Positions 24,978 to 33,387 of a stretch of 33,387 nt of DNA are shown here, piece by piece. Position numbers and translations under genes: made by a program. Each line of letters starts with the position of its first letter. The first letter of the stretch is position 1. Below the pieces are notes generated by a model, which made no database searches, had not been told where the DNA came from, and saw only the letters and a program-made list of their open reading frames with translations. The DNA comes from Ignavibacteria bacterium (GTDB lineage Bacteria; Elusimicrobiota; Endomicrobiia; PHAN01). The stretch lies in assembly GCA_041694835.1 (NCBI GenBank), contig JBGFRZ010000063.1:1-33387 (forward strand), written 5' to 3'.

Positions 24978-25420
24978 AATTGGACGCAGATAAACGCAGA
25001 AAAACAGGATTTAAGAATTATTTGCGACAATCTGCGAAAATCTGCGTCCTAAAAAACTAATTGAACGCAGATGAACGCAGAAACAACTTTGATAAATGCA
25101 GATTAAACATTCATAAAATCATCCGCGACAATCTGCGTCCTAAAAAATAATTGAACGCAGATGAACGCAGAAACAACTTTGATAAACGCAGATTAAACAT
25201 TCATAAAATCATCCACGACAATCTGCGTCCTAAAAAATAATTGAACGCAGATGAACACAGAAACAACTTTGATAAACGCAGATTAAAGCAACTATAAACT
25301 CATCTGCGGAAATCTGCGTCCTAAAATTCATTAGTAACATTTCTAATGGGATGCGGATGAACGCAGATTGACGGGATAATAAACGAAAAAATCCGTGTTA
25401 ATCTTGTAAATCCGCGTCCT
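24978..25420 (+). repeat. Array of five palindromic ACGCAGAT/ATCTGCGT units; the central three have a 90-bp period
   Basis: Units at 24978-25050, 25059-25141, 25149-25231, 25239-25322 and about 25348-25420. Confidence 0.95.
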
Positions 25421-25436
25421 AAAGGATTAAAAAAGT

Positions 25437-26192
25437 ATGATTGAAAATCACAAAATGAAGGTTATTGTTGTCCTGCCCGCTTACAACGCTTCAAAGACAC
25501 TTGAAAAAACCTTAAAACAACTTCCCGGGGGTTGCTACGACGATGTAATACTTATCGACGATGCGTCTGCCGACAACACGGTTGAGATTGCGAAAAAATT
25601 AGGTTTAAAAATTTTCACTCATCCTAAAAATCTGGGTTATGGCGGGAATCAAAAAACATGTTATGCCGAAGCGCTCAAAATGGGAGCGGATATAATTGTA
25701 ATGGTTCATCCTGATTATCAATACGATCCGCGAGTCGTTCCTTATATGGTGGGACTCATAAAAGATGGGATTTGCGATATCGTTTTAGGCAACAGGATAA
25801 GGACTCGCAGAGAGGCGCTTTATGGAGGAATGCCAGTCTATAAGTATTTTGCAAACAGATTTCTTACAATAATAGAGAATTTTTTTCTTGGACAGAATCT
25901 CGGTGAGTTTCACACCGGTTTGAGAGCTTTTCGTCGAGGGGTCCTTGAAAAAATAAACTGGCAACTTAACTCTAACGATTTTGTTTTTGATCAGGAGATA
26001 CTTGTGCAGGCGGTTTTCTTTGGATACAGGATCGGAGATGTGCCTGTTCCCACAAAATACTTTCCGGATGCTTCGTCGATAGATTTTTCAAGAAGCATAA
26101 AATACGGACTTTCCACGCTATTGGCGGTTGTGAAGTTTTTCCTTCACAAGAAGGGGCTGACGAAATTTAAAATATTCGAACCCAGAGTATGA
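25437..26192 (+). CDS. Glycosyltransferase family 2 (polyprenol-phosphate glycosyltransferase, DPM1-like)
   Basis: Motifs VLPAYN, IDDASAD, NLGYGGNQK, HPDYQYDP and EFHTGLRAF. Confidence 0.92.
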   Translation: MIENHKMKVIVVLPAYNASKTLEKTLKQLPGGCYDDVILIDDASADNTVEIAKKLGLKIFTHPKNLGYGGNQKTCYAEALKMGADIIVMVHPDYQYDPRVVPYMVGLIKDGICDIVLGNRIRTRREALYGGMPVYKYFANRFLTIIENFFLGQNLGEFHTGLRAFRRGVLEKINWQLNSNDFVFDQEILVQAVFFGYRIGDVPVPTKYFPDASSIDFSRSIKYGLSTLLAVVKFFLHKKGLTKFKIFEPRV

Positions 26193-28093
26193 ATTTTCTT
26201 TTTGCCCACTTTTACTCCTTCCTCCCCGTGCCTTTAATCATCTTTTCAATAATCATAATTGGAAGGTTTTTTCTGAAATATATTGGAAATTTCGAAGGAA
26301 GTGAATCGCTCATCTTTTCTTATGCCTTAGGTTACGGCATAGTCTCTCACATATTTTTTATTTTCGGGATATTTGGATTTTACAATAAATTCGCGGCATG
26401 GTTTTTTGCCGTCGGTGTAATCCTGATTTTGCATCGTGTATCAAAAAAAGTTTTTTTGGAAATACTCGGCCATATAAATAATTTTAGACATTTATTGAAG
26501 CGCAATATTTTTATTTCGACGCCGATTATTCTGTGTTTATGTGCCGCTTTTGCTCTTTCATTTATGCCGCCGCATTACTATGATTCTCTTGTCTATCATC
26601 TTGCTTTGCCGTCGGAATACATAAAAAACAATTCGATAAGACCGCTTGGATACAATTTGTATTCGCATTTTCCTCAAAACGCCGAGATGACATTTTTGTT
26701 CTCTCTTCTTGCGGGAGACGAAATAACGGCCAATATAATCACTTTTTTCACTTCCATGTTTTTGCTGGCATCGTTATATACATTCACAAAGAAACATACG
26801 GTTGACGAAAAAACAGGCATTTTATCGGTATTTTTTATGGTCTCTTCTACTTTTTTTATGCTTCTTTCGGCATCGACATATGTTGAATTGCACATCGCCT
26901 TTCTCTGCTTCGTCGCGGTTTGGCTTTTTCTGCGATACGTTCGTACGAAAGAAAACGACTCTCTTTTGCTGTCTGCGGTTATTTCGGGACTCGCCATCGG
27001 TGTAAAATACACGGGCTTTTCGAATCTCATTGCCATAAATATTCTTCTTATCATTTTTTCGATAAAAAACAAAGAAGGCATTATAAACATTTCTTCAAAA
27101 ATATTTTCTTTTAATCTTGCGGCCTTTGTTTCCAGCGCTATTTGGTTTGTAAAAAATTCGATTTATACAGGGAACCCTGTTTTCCCGTTTTTTTACAATA
27201 TCCTGGGTTATGGAGATGCAGGGTGGAATCGTTCTAGCGCCTCGGGCTATTTTGAGATGCTTACGGAGTATTCGCATAAGAGTTCGATTTTTTTTGAACT
27301 GTTCTTGCTGCCGTATAATGTTATCTTCAATCCCGTGAAATTCGGTGGCGGGATAGATGTGCTCGGTGATTTCGGTTGGACACTCCTTTTGCTTTCCTTC
27401 CCGCTAATATTTTTTTTCAAGAAGAAGCTCTCAAATTCGCTTTATCCGATTGTCTATTGCACCGTTGTTTTTTTGATATGGTTTTTCACGAAACCCGTTT
27501 TGAGATTTTTGGTGCCGCTTGCGGGAATGCTCGCCGTAATTTCTGCTCTCTCAATATATGAGTTCTATCGCAGAGCATCTTTTATATCTAAATTTTTACT
27601 CGTTTCTTTGGTATCGGGCATCACTCTCGTAAATATGTGGTATTTTTTCTTTATAGCAGGGATATTCCAGCCGACGGGTGTGATAACCGGATTTGAAAGC
27701 AGGGGAGGATATCTTGGCAGAATTTTAAAAAACTCTCCGTATCCCGCATTTGAGTATATCAATAAATATTTATCGAAAGAAAGCAGAATTTTTTTTGTGG
27801 GAGAACAACGTACATTTTACTGTGACGCAAAAATGGTCGCAACAAATGTATTCGCTCCCAACCCACTCATTTCATGGGCAAATGATTCCTCAACCGCCGA
27901 CGAGCTTCACAAAAAAATAAAATTACAAAATTTCGATTATATTTTCTATAATATATCGGAAGCGGAGCGCTTGAGGCCTTACGGCATTTTCGATTTTACG
28001 GATAAAGGTCTCGGGAATTGGCGCGGGCTTCTGAAAAAATTGGAAAGCAGAATCGTTTTTTATCAAAAGGGTCTGGCGATATATAAACTTTAG
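26189..28093 (+). CDS. Polytopic membrane protein, GT-C-like glycosyltransferase
   Basis: Many TM segments. Motifs YDSLVYHL, GVKYTG, TGNPVFPF and RFLVP. Confidence 0.72.
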   Translation: MNFLFAHFYSFLPVPLIIFSIIIIGRFFLKYIGNFEGSESLIFSYALGYGIVSHIFFIFGIFGFYNKFAAWFFAVGVILILHRVSKKVFLEILGHINNFRHLLKRNIFISTPIILCLCAAFALSFMPPHYYDSLVYHLALPSEYIKNNSIRPLGYNLYSHFPQNAEMTFLFSLLAGDEITANIITFFTSMFLLASLYTFTKKHTVDEKTGILSVFFMVSSTFFMLLSASTYVELHIAFLCFVAVWLFLRYVRTKENDSLLLSAVISGLAIGVKYTGFSNLIAINILLIIFSIKNKEGIINISSKIFSFNLAAFVSSAIWFVKNSIYTGNPVFPFFYNILGYGDAGWNRSSASGYFEMLTEYSHKSSIFFELFLLPYNVIFNPVKFGGGIDVLGDFGWTLLLLSFPLIFFFKKKLSNSLYPIVYCTVVFLIWFFTKPVLRFLVPLAGMLAVISALSIYEFYRRASFISKFLLVSLVSGITLVNMWYFFFIAGIFQPTGVITGFESRGGYLGRILKNSPYPAFEYINKYLSKESRIFFVGEQRTFYCDAKMVATNVFAPNPLISWANDSSTADELHKKIKLQNFDYIFYNISEAERLRPYGIFDFTDKGLGNWRGLLKKLESRIVFYQKGLAIYKL

Positions 28094-28106
28094 CTGCCAA
28101 TAAGAT

Positions 28107-29144
28107 ATGGCTTACTTTACTTTGTACATCCTTGCTTTTTTTTTAGCGTTCTTTTCTTCTTTTATTTTTACACCGATTGCAAGGAAGTTGGCAAAAAAAG
28201 CAAACGTCTACGATTATCCCCACACCAACATTAAAACTCACAAGGAACCCGTGCCCTATTTTGGGGGGCTGGCGATAGTGGCGTCTTTTTATTTAACCAT
28301 GCTTGTTATACGTCTGTCCACGGATTTTCCTACGGGAACACTCAGATCGCTCAGGGGAATTTTCGCCGCCGGTTTTTTTGTTTTTTTGCTGGGCATAATT
28401 GACGATATAAAGCATAAAGGACTTCATTTCAGTCAGAAGTTTGCATTTCAGCTTATTTCATCCGTCGTACTGATTTTTTACGGTATTAAGATAAACTTTA
28501 TATCGCCCGATTGGTTTGCCGTCTTAGTCACGGTCGTGTGGATTGTAGGGATAACAAATGCATTCAACATAATCGATATAATGGATGGGCTTTCAAGCGG
28601 CACGGCGGTAATCGCCGCATTGGCTTTTTTCTTCGTAGGCATTCCGGCTGAGGAGCAAATCTATGTCAATTTTGCAGCCATCGGTCTTGCAGGTGCCATC
28701 TTAGGATTTATGCCTTTCAATTTATCTAAGAAATATAAGATATTCATGGGCGATGCGGGGAGTCTTTTTATAGGAGTTGTTCTTTCGGCGATAGCCCTTG
28801 GGACCAATTACACGCAGTCAAACCGACTTGGGGTTCTTGCTCCGATTTTAATTCTGGCTATACCGATTTACGATACATTGTTCGTTATGTATGTGCGTTA
28901 TAAAAAAAGGCTTTCCCCGTTTCTCGGGAGCAAGGATCATTTTGCATTGAGATTGAGAGCGGTCGGTTGCTCCGACAAGGGGATTTTGCTTAGGGTTTAT
29001 CTTGCGGGGATAATTTTGTTGTTCGGCTCATTTATTGTTTCAAAGGTCGAGAGGGAATTTGAAGCGGCGTTGATTTACTTCTTTTTTATGGTTGTCATAA
29101 TTTTGATATCCCGCTATTTGTACAAAATCAAGATTTCGCTATAA
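28107..29144 (+). CDS. MraY/WecA-family undecaprenyl-phosphate GlcNAc-1-phosphate transferase
   Basis: Motifs PYFGGLAI, GIIDD, NAFNIIDIMDGL, IFMGDAGS and DHFALR. Confidence 0.92.
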   Translation: MAYFTLYILAFFLAFFSSFIFTPIARKLAKKANVYDYPHTNIKTHKEPVPYFGGLAIVASFYLTMLVIRLSTDFPTGTLRSLRGIFAAGFFVFLLGIIDDIKHKGLHFSQKFAFQLISSVVLIFYGIKINFISPDWFAVLVTVVWIVGITNAFNIIDIMDGLSSGTAVIAALAFFFVGIPAEEQIYVNFAAIGLAGAILGFMPFNLSKKYKIFMGDAGSLFIGVVLSAIALGTNYTQSNRLGVLAPILILAIPIYDTLFVMYVRYKKRLSPFLGSKDHFALRLRAVGCSDKGILLRVYLAGIILLFGSFIVSKVEREFEAALIYFFFMVVIILISRYLYKIKISL

Positions 29145-29168
29145 AAAATCCCAAATAATGCAAGAATA

Positions 29169-30770
29169 ATGAAAAAGGAATTAATGATATTAATTGGTCT
29201 TTTAATTCTCATGCTCCTTCCTTTTTTGAGCAGGCCGTTTTTTATCGACGATTATTATCATTTTCTTATGGCGAAAGGAATTTTAGAGCATCCTCTTAGA
29301 CCTTATGATTTTCTTGCCGACGACGCCGGCCCCGATAACGCCGGATGGGAGCGGGGAAAACCTCCAAGAATGGTGAATCCGCCGCTTACGCACTACTATT
29401 TGGCCGGCGTAATAAAACTTTTCGGAGATAAAGAGCGGACGCTACACGCAAGTTTTATGTTGTTTTCTTTAATGAGCGTTGTTTCAATGTATTTTTTGAG
29501 CGGGACTTTTGTGAAAAATCATATCTTTGCGACGCTTCTTTTTATGGTGAATCCTGTTTTTTGGATAACTTCAAACGGTTTTATGCTCGACTCTCCCAAG
29601 CTTTCTTTTTATCTGCTGTCGTTGACATCTCTCGTCTATGGTCTTAAAAATGAAAATAAACCGCTTTTGTTTACAAGCGGCATCGCTATGTCGCTGTCTC
29701 TGCTTTCAAAATACACCGCCATTAGTTTACTACCCGTGGCTTTTATTTACATGTTCTTAAGTAAGAAAGATTGGCACAAATATCTTTGGATATTTCTTAT
29801 CCCCCTGGCGGCTTTGTTTTTTTGGTCTTTTTGGAATATTATAGTCTATGGCGCACCGCACATGTTGGCAGCTTCAAGAAGAGCTGGTCCGTCGTCTTAT
29901 TTAATGAAGTTGTCTGTTATTCTTATATTCTTGAGCGGTTCTACAATTTTTCTGATTGGAGCATTTTTCTTGCTTGTTAAAAACAGATTGTTTATTTTTC
30001 TGGCGCCGCCGGTTTTTCTTTTTATCGGTTTATTGTTGTCGTCTGAGAGAGGCGGATTTTCTTTGACTCAAAGTTTTCTTATTTCATTCTGGCTTCTGGC
30101 GTCCGCGAGTTTTTTTTACGCTTTATTTTTAAACGCCGGAGTTTTTTCCGGCAGGAACGGGCTATTTCTTATCATCTGGTTTTCTTTAGCGATATTTATA
30201 GCCATTTTCGCCATGGGATGGACATCGGGTAGATATTTTATGAGCGTTATATCGCCGCTGTCGCTGATGTTTGTAAAAATCGTTGAGAACAAGTTTAGCG
30301 AAAAAAAGACGAAGTTGTTTTTGGCAGCGACTCTGGTCGTAACTTTTACCTTCGGGGCTTTGCTTGCCTACACCGATTATGTGCAGGCGAATGTCAACAA
30401 AAATATAGCGGATGATTTGAAATCCGCCGACGTTCCCCCCGGTTTTTTTAAAGGGGAATCCTTTGTGGGTGTAACGGCATATCTTAAAGAAAACGGCTGG
30501 CATACAACATTTCCGAATTCCACATTGCGGCCGGGCGATTTGTTTCTTGAGGGAACAATTTCTTCGCCTACCGTTTGGCTTTTCCCTCCGAAGATTGAAG
30601 GAAAACTTCGTTTGGTAAAAGAATTTAAATATAAAACCATGCTTCCGTTCCGGGTTATGAGCGTCCCTGATTCAGCGGGTTTTTATGCGACGTGCTGGGG
30701 CGCTCTTCCGTGGTCTATATCAGAATTGCCACTTGAAAGGTATAAATTGTATGTCGTCGAAAAAATATAA
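29169..30770 (+). CDS. GT-C fold (ArnT/PMT-like) membrane glycosyltransferase
   Basis: PFFIDD after the first TM, NPPL, MLD and LSKY. Many TM segments. Confidence 0.78.
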   Translation: MKKELMILIGLLILMLLPFLSRPFFIDDYYHFLMAKGILEHPLRPYDFLADDAGPDNAGWERGKPPRMVNPPLTHYYLAGVIKLFGDKERTLHASFMLFSLMSVVSMYFLSGTFVKNHIFATLLFMVNPVFWITSNGFMLDSPKLSFYLLSLTSLVYGLKNENKPLLFTSGIAMSLSLLSKYTAISLLPVAFIYMFLSKKDWHKYLWIFLIPLAALFFWSFWNIIVYGAPHMLAASRRAGPSSYLMKLSVILIFLSGSTIFLIGAFFLLVKNRLFIFLAPPVFLFIGLLLSSERGGFSLTQSFLISFWLLASASFFYALFLNAGVFSGRNGLFLIIWFSLAIFIAIFAMGWTSGRYFMSVISPLSLMFVKIVENKFSEKKTKLFLAATLVVTFTFGALLAYTDYVQANVNKNIADDLKSADVPPGFFKGESFVGVTAYLKENGWHTTFPNSTLRPGDLFLEGTISSPTVWLFPPKIEGKLRLVKEFKYKTMLPFRVMSVPDSAGFYATCWGALPWSISELPLERYKLYVVEKI

Positions 30771-32049
30771 CACCGTAATACTCGGCGGAGGACTTACGGG
30801 ACTATCGTGCGCCTATAGACTTAAAGGCGATTACATCGTCATTGAAAAGGAAAGCGAAGTTGGCGGGCTTTGCAGGTCCATGGAAAAAGACGGCTTTACT
30901 TTCGACTGCACGGGGCATCTTTTGCATATACACGCCGAAAAGATAAAAAATTTGATATTCGAAATGATGAAAGACAATATATCAAAGATTGAAAGAGCGG
31001 CATGGATTTACTCGCAAAAAACGTTTACGAAATATCCATATCAGCTCAATCTCTACGGTTTGCCACGAAAAACAGTTTTGGAATGTGTGATGGGCATTAT
31101 AAATTCGCAGTTGGGAAAAACAAGGAATGGTAAAACAAAATCGTTGGACATGTCATTCTATGAATGGTCGCTGAAAACTTTCGGAGAGGGTATAACACGG
31201 TATTTTTTGAAGCCTTACAACGAGAAGATATGGAAAGTGAGTTTAAGAAAACTTACTGCCGCCTGGGTCGGGAAATTCGTTCCGACGCCTAAAATTTCAG
31301 ATGTCATAATGGGCGCTTTCAGTGATTACGGAAAGAAAATAGGATACAACGCTTTTTATTATTATCCGAAAAATGGAGGGATTCAGTCGTTGATTGACGC
31401 TTTTGCAAAAAATGTAGAAGAAGTTAGATGCGAGATTTATCCCCAGAAGATAGATATTAAAAAAAATGAAATTCTGCTTTCAAACGGTGAATCGATAAGG
31501 TACGAGAATCTTGTTTCCACAATTCCGCTGCCGGAGTTGATGGATGTTTTGTCGCTGAAAAAAATGAAAGGACTTTTGAATTGGACATCTGTTTTGTGTT
31601 TTAACATTGGGATTAAAGGTTTGCCCGGTCATAAGAAGCAGTGGATATATTTTCCCGAAAGGAAATACCCTTTCTACAGGGTGGGATTTTATTCGAACAT
31701 TAACGATAATTTGGCGCCAAAAGGTCATTATTCCATATACGTTGAAGTGAGTCACAACTCCTGCGAGAAACCGGATGTCTTAAGCGTTTTGGAAAAATCC
31801 GTGTCCATGCTGGTTTCTCTTGGACTTTTGAGTTCGAGAAAGAATATATCGACTTTAAATGTAATTCCGATTAAATACGCTTATGTAATTTATGACGCGA
31901 AAAGAAAAATCGCGATGGAAGAAGTTCAAAAAGAACTCAAAGCAAGCGGGATTCATCTCGCGGGTCGATATGGTTCCTGGAAATATTCATATATGGAAGA
32001 ATCAATATTTGAGGGATTGGCGCTTGCGGAAAAAATAAATAATTTATGA
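30751..32049 (+). CDS. FAD-dependent oxidoreductase (HemY-like / UDP-galactopyranose mutase-like)
   Basis: Motifs ILGGGLTGL, EKESEVGGLCRS, FDCTGHLLH, PYNEKIW, YYPKNGG and GRYGSWKY. ATG at 30751 is preferred. Confidence 0.85.
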   Translation: MSSKKYNTVILGGGLTGLSCAYRLKGDYIVIEKESEVGGLCRSMEKDGFTFDCTGHLLHIHAEKIKNLIFEMMKDNISKIERAAWIYSQKTFTKYPYQLNLYGLPRKTVLECVMGIINSQLGKTRNGKTKSLDMSFYEWSLKTFGEGITRYFLKPYNEKIWKVSLRKLTAAWVGKFVPTPKISDVIMGAFSDYGKKIGYNAFYYYPKNGGIQSLIDAFAKNVEEVRCEIYPQKIDIKKNEILLSNGESIRYENLVSTIPLPELMDVLSLKKMKGLLNWTSVLCFNIGIKGLPGHKKQWIYFPERKYPFYRVGFYSNINDNLAPKGHYSIYVEVSHNSCEKPDVLSVLEKSVSMLVSLGLLSSRKNISTLNVIPIKYAYVIYDAKRKIAMEEVQKELKASGIHLAGRYGSWKYSYMEESIFEGLALAEKINNL

Positions 32050-33251
32050 GAAAGATAAAAGTGATTCATGTTATAACTAAGCTTGAGCTTGGCGGTGCCC
32101 AGGTCAACACCCTCTATACTGTCAAAAATTTAAACCGGGATAGATTCGAAGTGTCGCTGCTCGCCGGTCCCGGCGGTATTCTCGACGACAATGCCAGGGA
32201 GATAAGCGACTTAAAGCTTTATTTTATCCCCGAGCTTGCAAGAGCCGTGAATCCGCTCAAGGATTTAATAACCATCTTTAAACTCGCGAGACTCTTTAGA
32301 ATCGAAAAACCTGACATAGTTCACACGCATTCCTCAAAAGCCGGAATTCTTGGCCGCTGGGCATGTTTTCTATTCAAATTTTTTCATTCCATCTCCTCTC
32401 GCTCCTCTCCTCCCGCCCCTAAGATAATCCATACATTCCACGGTTTTGGATTCAATAGATATCAGAAAATGCCTGTAAGATTTCTTTTCGTTCTGGCTGA
32501 AAAAATGGCGGCGACGATTTCCGACATGTTGATTTTTGTGTCAGAGTCAAACTTATCTGAAGCAAAATCAAGAAAAATAGGCAATCCCGCTAAGTATTTT
32601 CTGATAAGGAGCGGCATAGACATAGGTTTTTTCAAAAACACCCAAGTCGACAAAATTTCAAAAAAAAAGGAGATTAAAATAAATTCGGAAGATTTTGTGA
32701 TAACCACAATCGGTCCTTTTAAAAAACAAAAAAATCTCTCCGATTTTTTGATTATCGCTAATTTACTAAAATATAGAGGCTTAAAATCCAAGTTTCTAAT
32801 AGTGGGCGACGGCGAAGAGAGAGAAAAGTTAAACGTTATCAGGGAAGCGCTTGAACTGACGGACGAAGTCCGGTTTATGGGATGGCTTAAAGAAAAGAAG
32901 GAAGTCGCCGAAATCTTGAAGATTACAGATGTTTTTGTGATGACGTCGTTATGGGAGGGGCTGCCGCGCTCGATACTCGAGTCGATGGCCGCCGGGGTTC
33001 CTGTGTGCGCTAATGCCGTAGATGGAGTAAAGGACGTAGTAAAAGACGGCGATACAGGTTTGTTGGCAGAACCGTTCGACACAAAGCGCATGGCGGAAAA
33101 CATACTCAGAATTTTGAAAGAAGAGGGTCTTGGAAAAAGAATAACCGTCAACGCATTGAAAATGCTTGACGAAAGTTTTGATATCGGTAAAATGGTAATA
33201 CGGCAGGAAAATCTTTATGCGAATTTGACAAAAAACAGTCGGGGTTTTTAA
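32046..33251 (+). CDS. Glycosyltransferase family 4 (GT-B) with a short low-complexity insertion
   Basis: Motifs LGGAQ, HTHSSKAGILGR, IHTFHG, VGDGE and SLWEGLPRSILE. Confidence 0.93.
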   Translation: MRKIKVIHVITKLELGGAQVNTLYTVKNLNRDRFEVSLLAGPGGILDDNAREISDLKLYFIPELARAVNPLKDLITIFKLARLFRIEKPDIVHTHSSKAGILGRWACFLFKFFHSISSRSSPPAPKIIHTFHGFGFNRYQKMPVRFLFVLAEKMAATISDMLIFVSESNLSEAKSRKIGNPAKYFLIRSGIDIGFFKNTQVDKISKKKEIKINSEDFVITTIGPFKKQKNLSDFLIIANLLKYRGLKSKFLIVGDGEEREKLNVIREALELTDEVRFMGWLKEKKEVAEILKITDVFVMTSLWEGLPRSILESMAAGVPVCANAVDGVKDVVKDGDTGLLAEPFDTKRMAENILRILKEEGLGKRITVNALKMLDESFDIGKMVIRQENLYANLTKNSRGF

Positions 33252-33341
33252 AACCCGCGAAATTTTGTATTATGAGAGCGTTGAAAAACCCTCTTTAGTT
33301 CTTTGAAATAATTCTCGTCGGTAAATCCGACGATAAAACAT

Positions 33342-33370
33342 TTGCATTTTCTCTCCGGAATTGCTATAAT
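33342..33370 (+). promoter_or_regulatory. Sigma70 promoter for a gene beyond the window
   Basis: TTGCAT, 17 nt, TATAAT, with an extended TG. The hairpin TCGTCGG-TAAAT-CCGACGA lies just upstream at 33315-33333. Confidence 0.75.
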
Positions 33371-33387
33371 ATTTCTGACGAAAACAA

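Noticed and set aside
24978-25420. CRISPR array
   Set aside because: The interiors repeat rather than being unique spacers, unit lengths vary, and no cas genes are present. The same applies to 19206-19582 and 7828-8187.
33242-33256. Intrinsic terminator at the end of the last GT4
   Set aside because: The GGGTTTT-T-AAAACCC dyad has a 1-nt loop, overlaps the stop codon and has no adjacent U-tract.
1-33387. tRNA, rRNA or known riboswitch
   Set aside because: None was recognised by eye. An Infernal/tRNAscan run would be needed to exclude them.

Overview
A bacterial chromosomal window of about 33 kb, with nearly all genes on the + strand. The lineage cannot be determined from sequence alone. It has four blocks. 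(1) 1-14205: a sulfur assimilation and siroheme/tetrapyrrole cluster: partial sat, a PiT/CysP-type transporter, a JAB/Mec protease, a short hemC, ogg, an Nfu-type protein, a Cys-rich protein, a ferredoxin-like protein, a sulfite reductase fused to HEPN-like and TusA domains, cobA-hemD, hemB, hemL, an in-frame ThiS-CysK fusion and a MoeB/ThiF E1. (2) 14283-17824: aspS, asd and a ChbG/YdjC deacetylase. (3) 18084-33251: a surface glycosylation cluster (DegT, GT4s, nucleotide-sugar dehydrogenase, GT2, three GT-C-like membrane proteins, WecA/MraY-like, FAD oxidoreductase). (4) Inside block 3, a reverse-strand TumE/TumA-like toxin-antitoxin pair with its own promoter. Most large intergenic gaps hold nested, modular palindromic elements built from 7-, 8- and 9-nt periodic arms and GTAG/REP-like hairpins. 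Related elements sit in frame inside several conserved enzymes and supply stop codons to three genes. The three strongest candidates for something new are: the modular palindromic arrays; an exact 31-bp copy of the predicted 5' end of the TA mRNA lodged at the end of one array; and the ThiS-GG-CysK polyprotein encoded with its likely JAB processing protease, E1 and TusA-fused sulfite reductase. All product calls come from motif recognition, not database searches.
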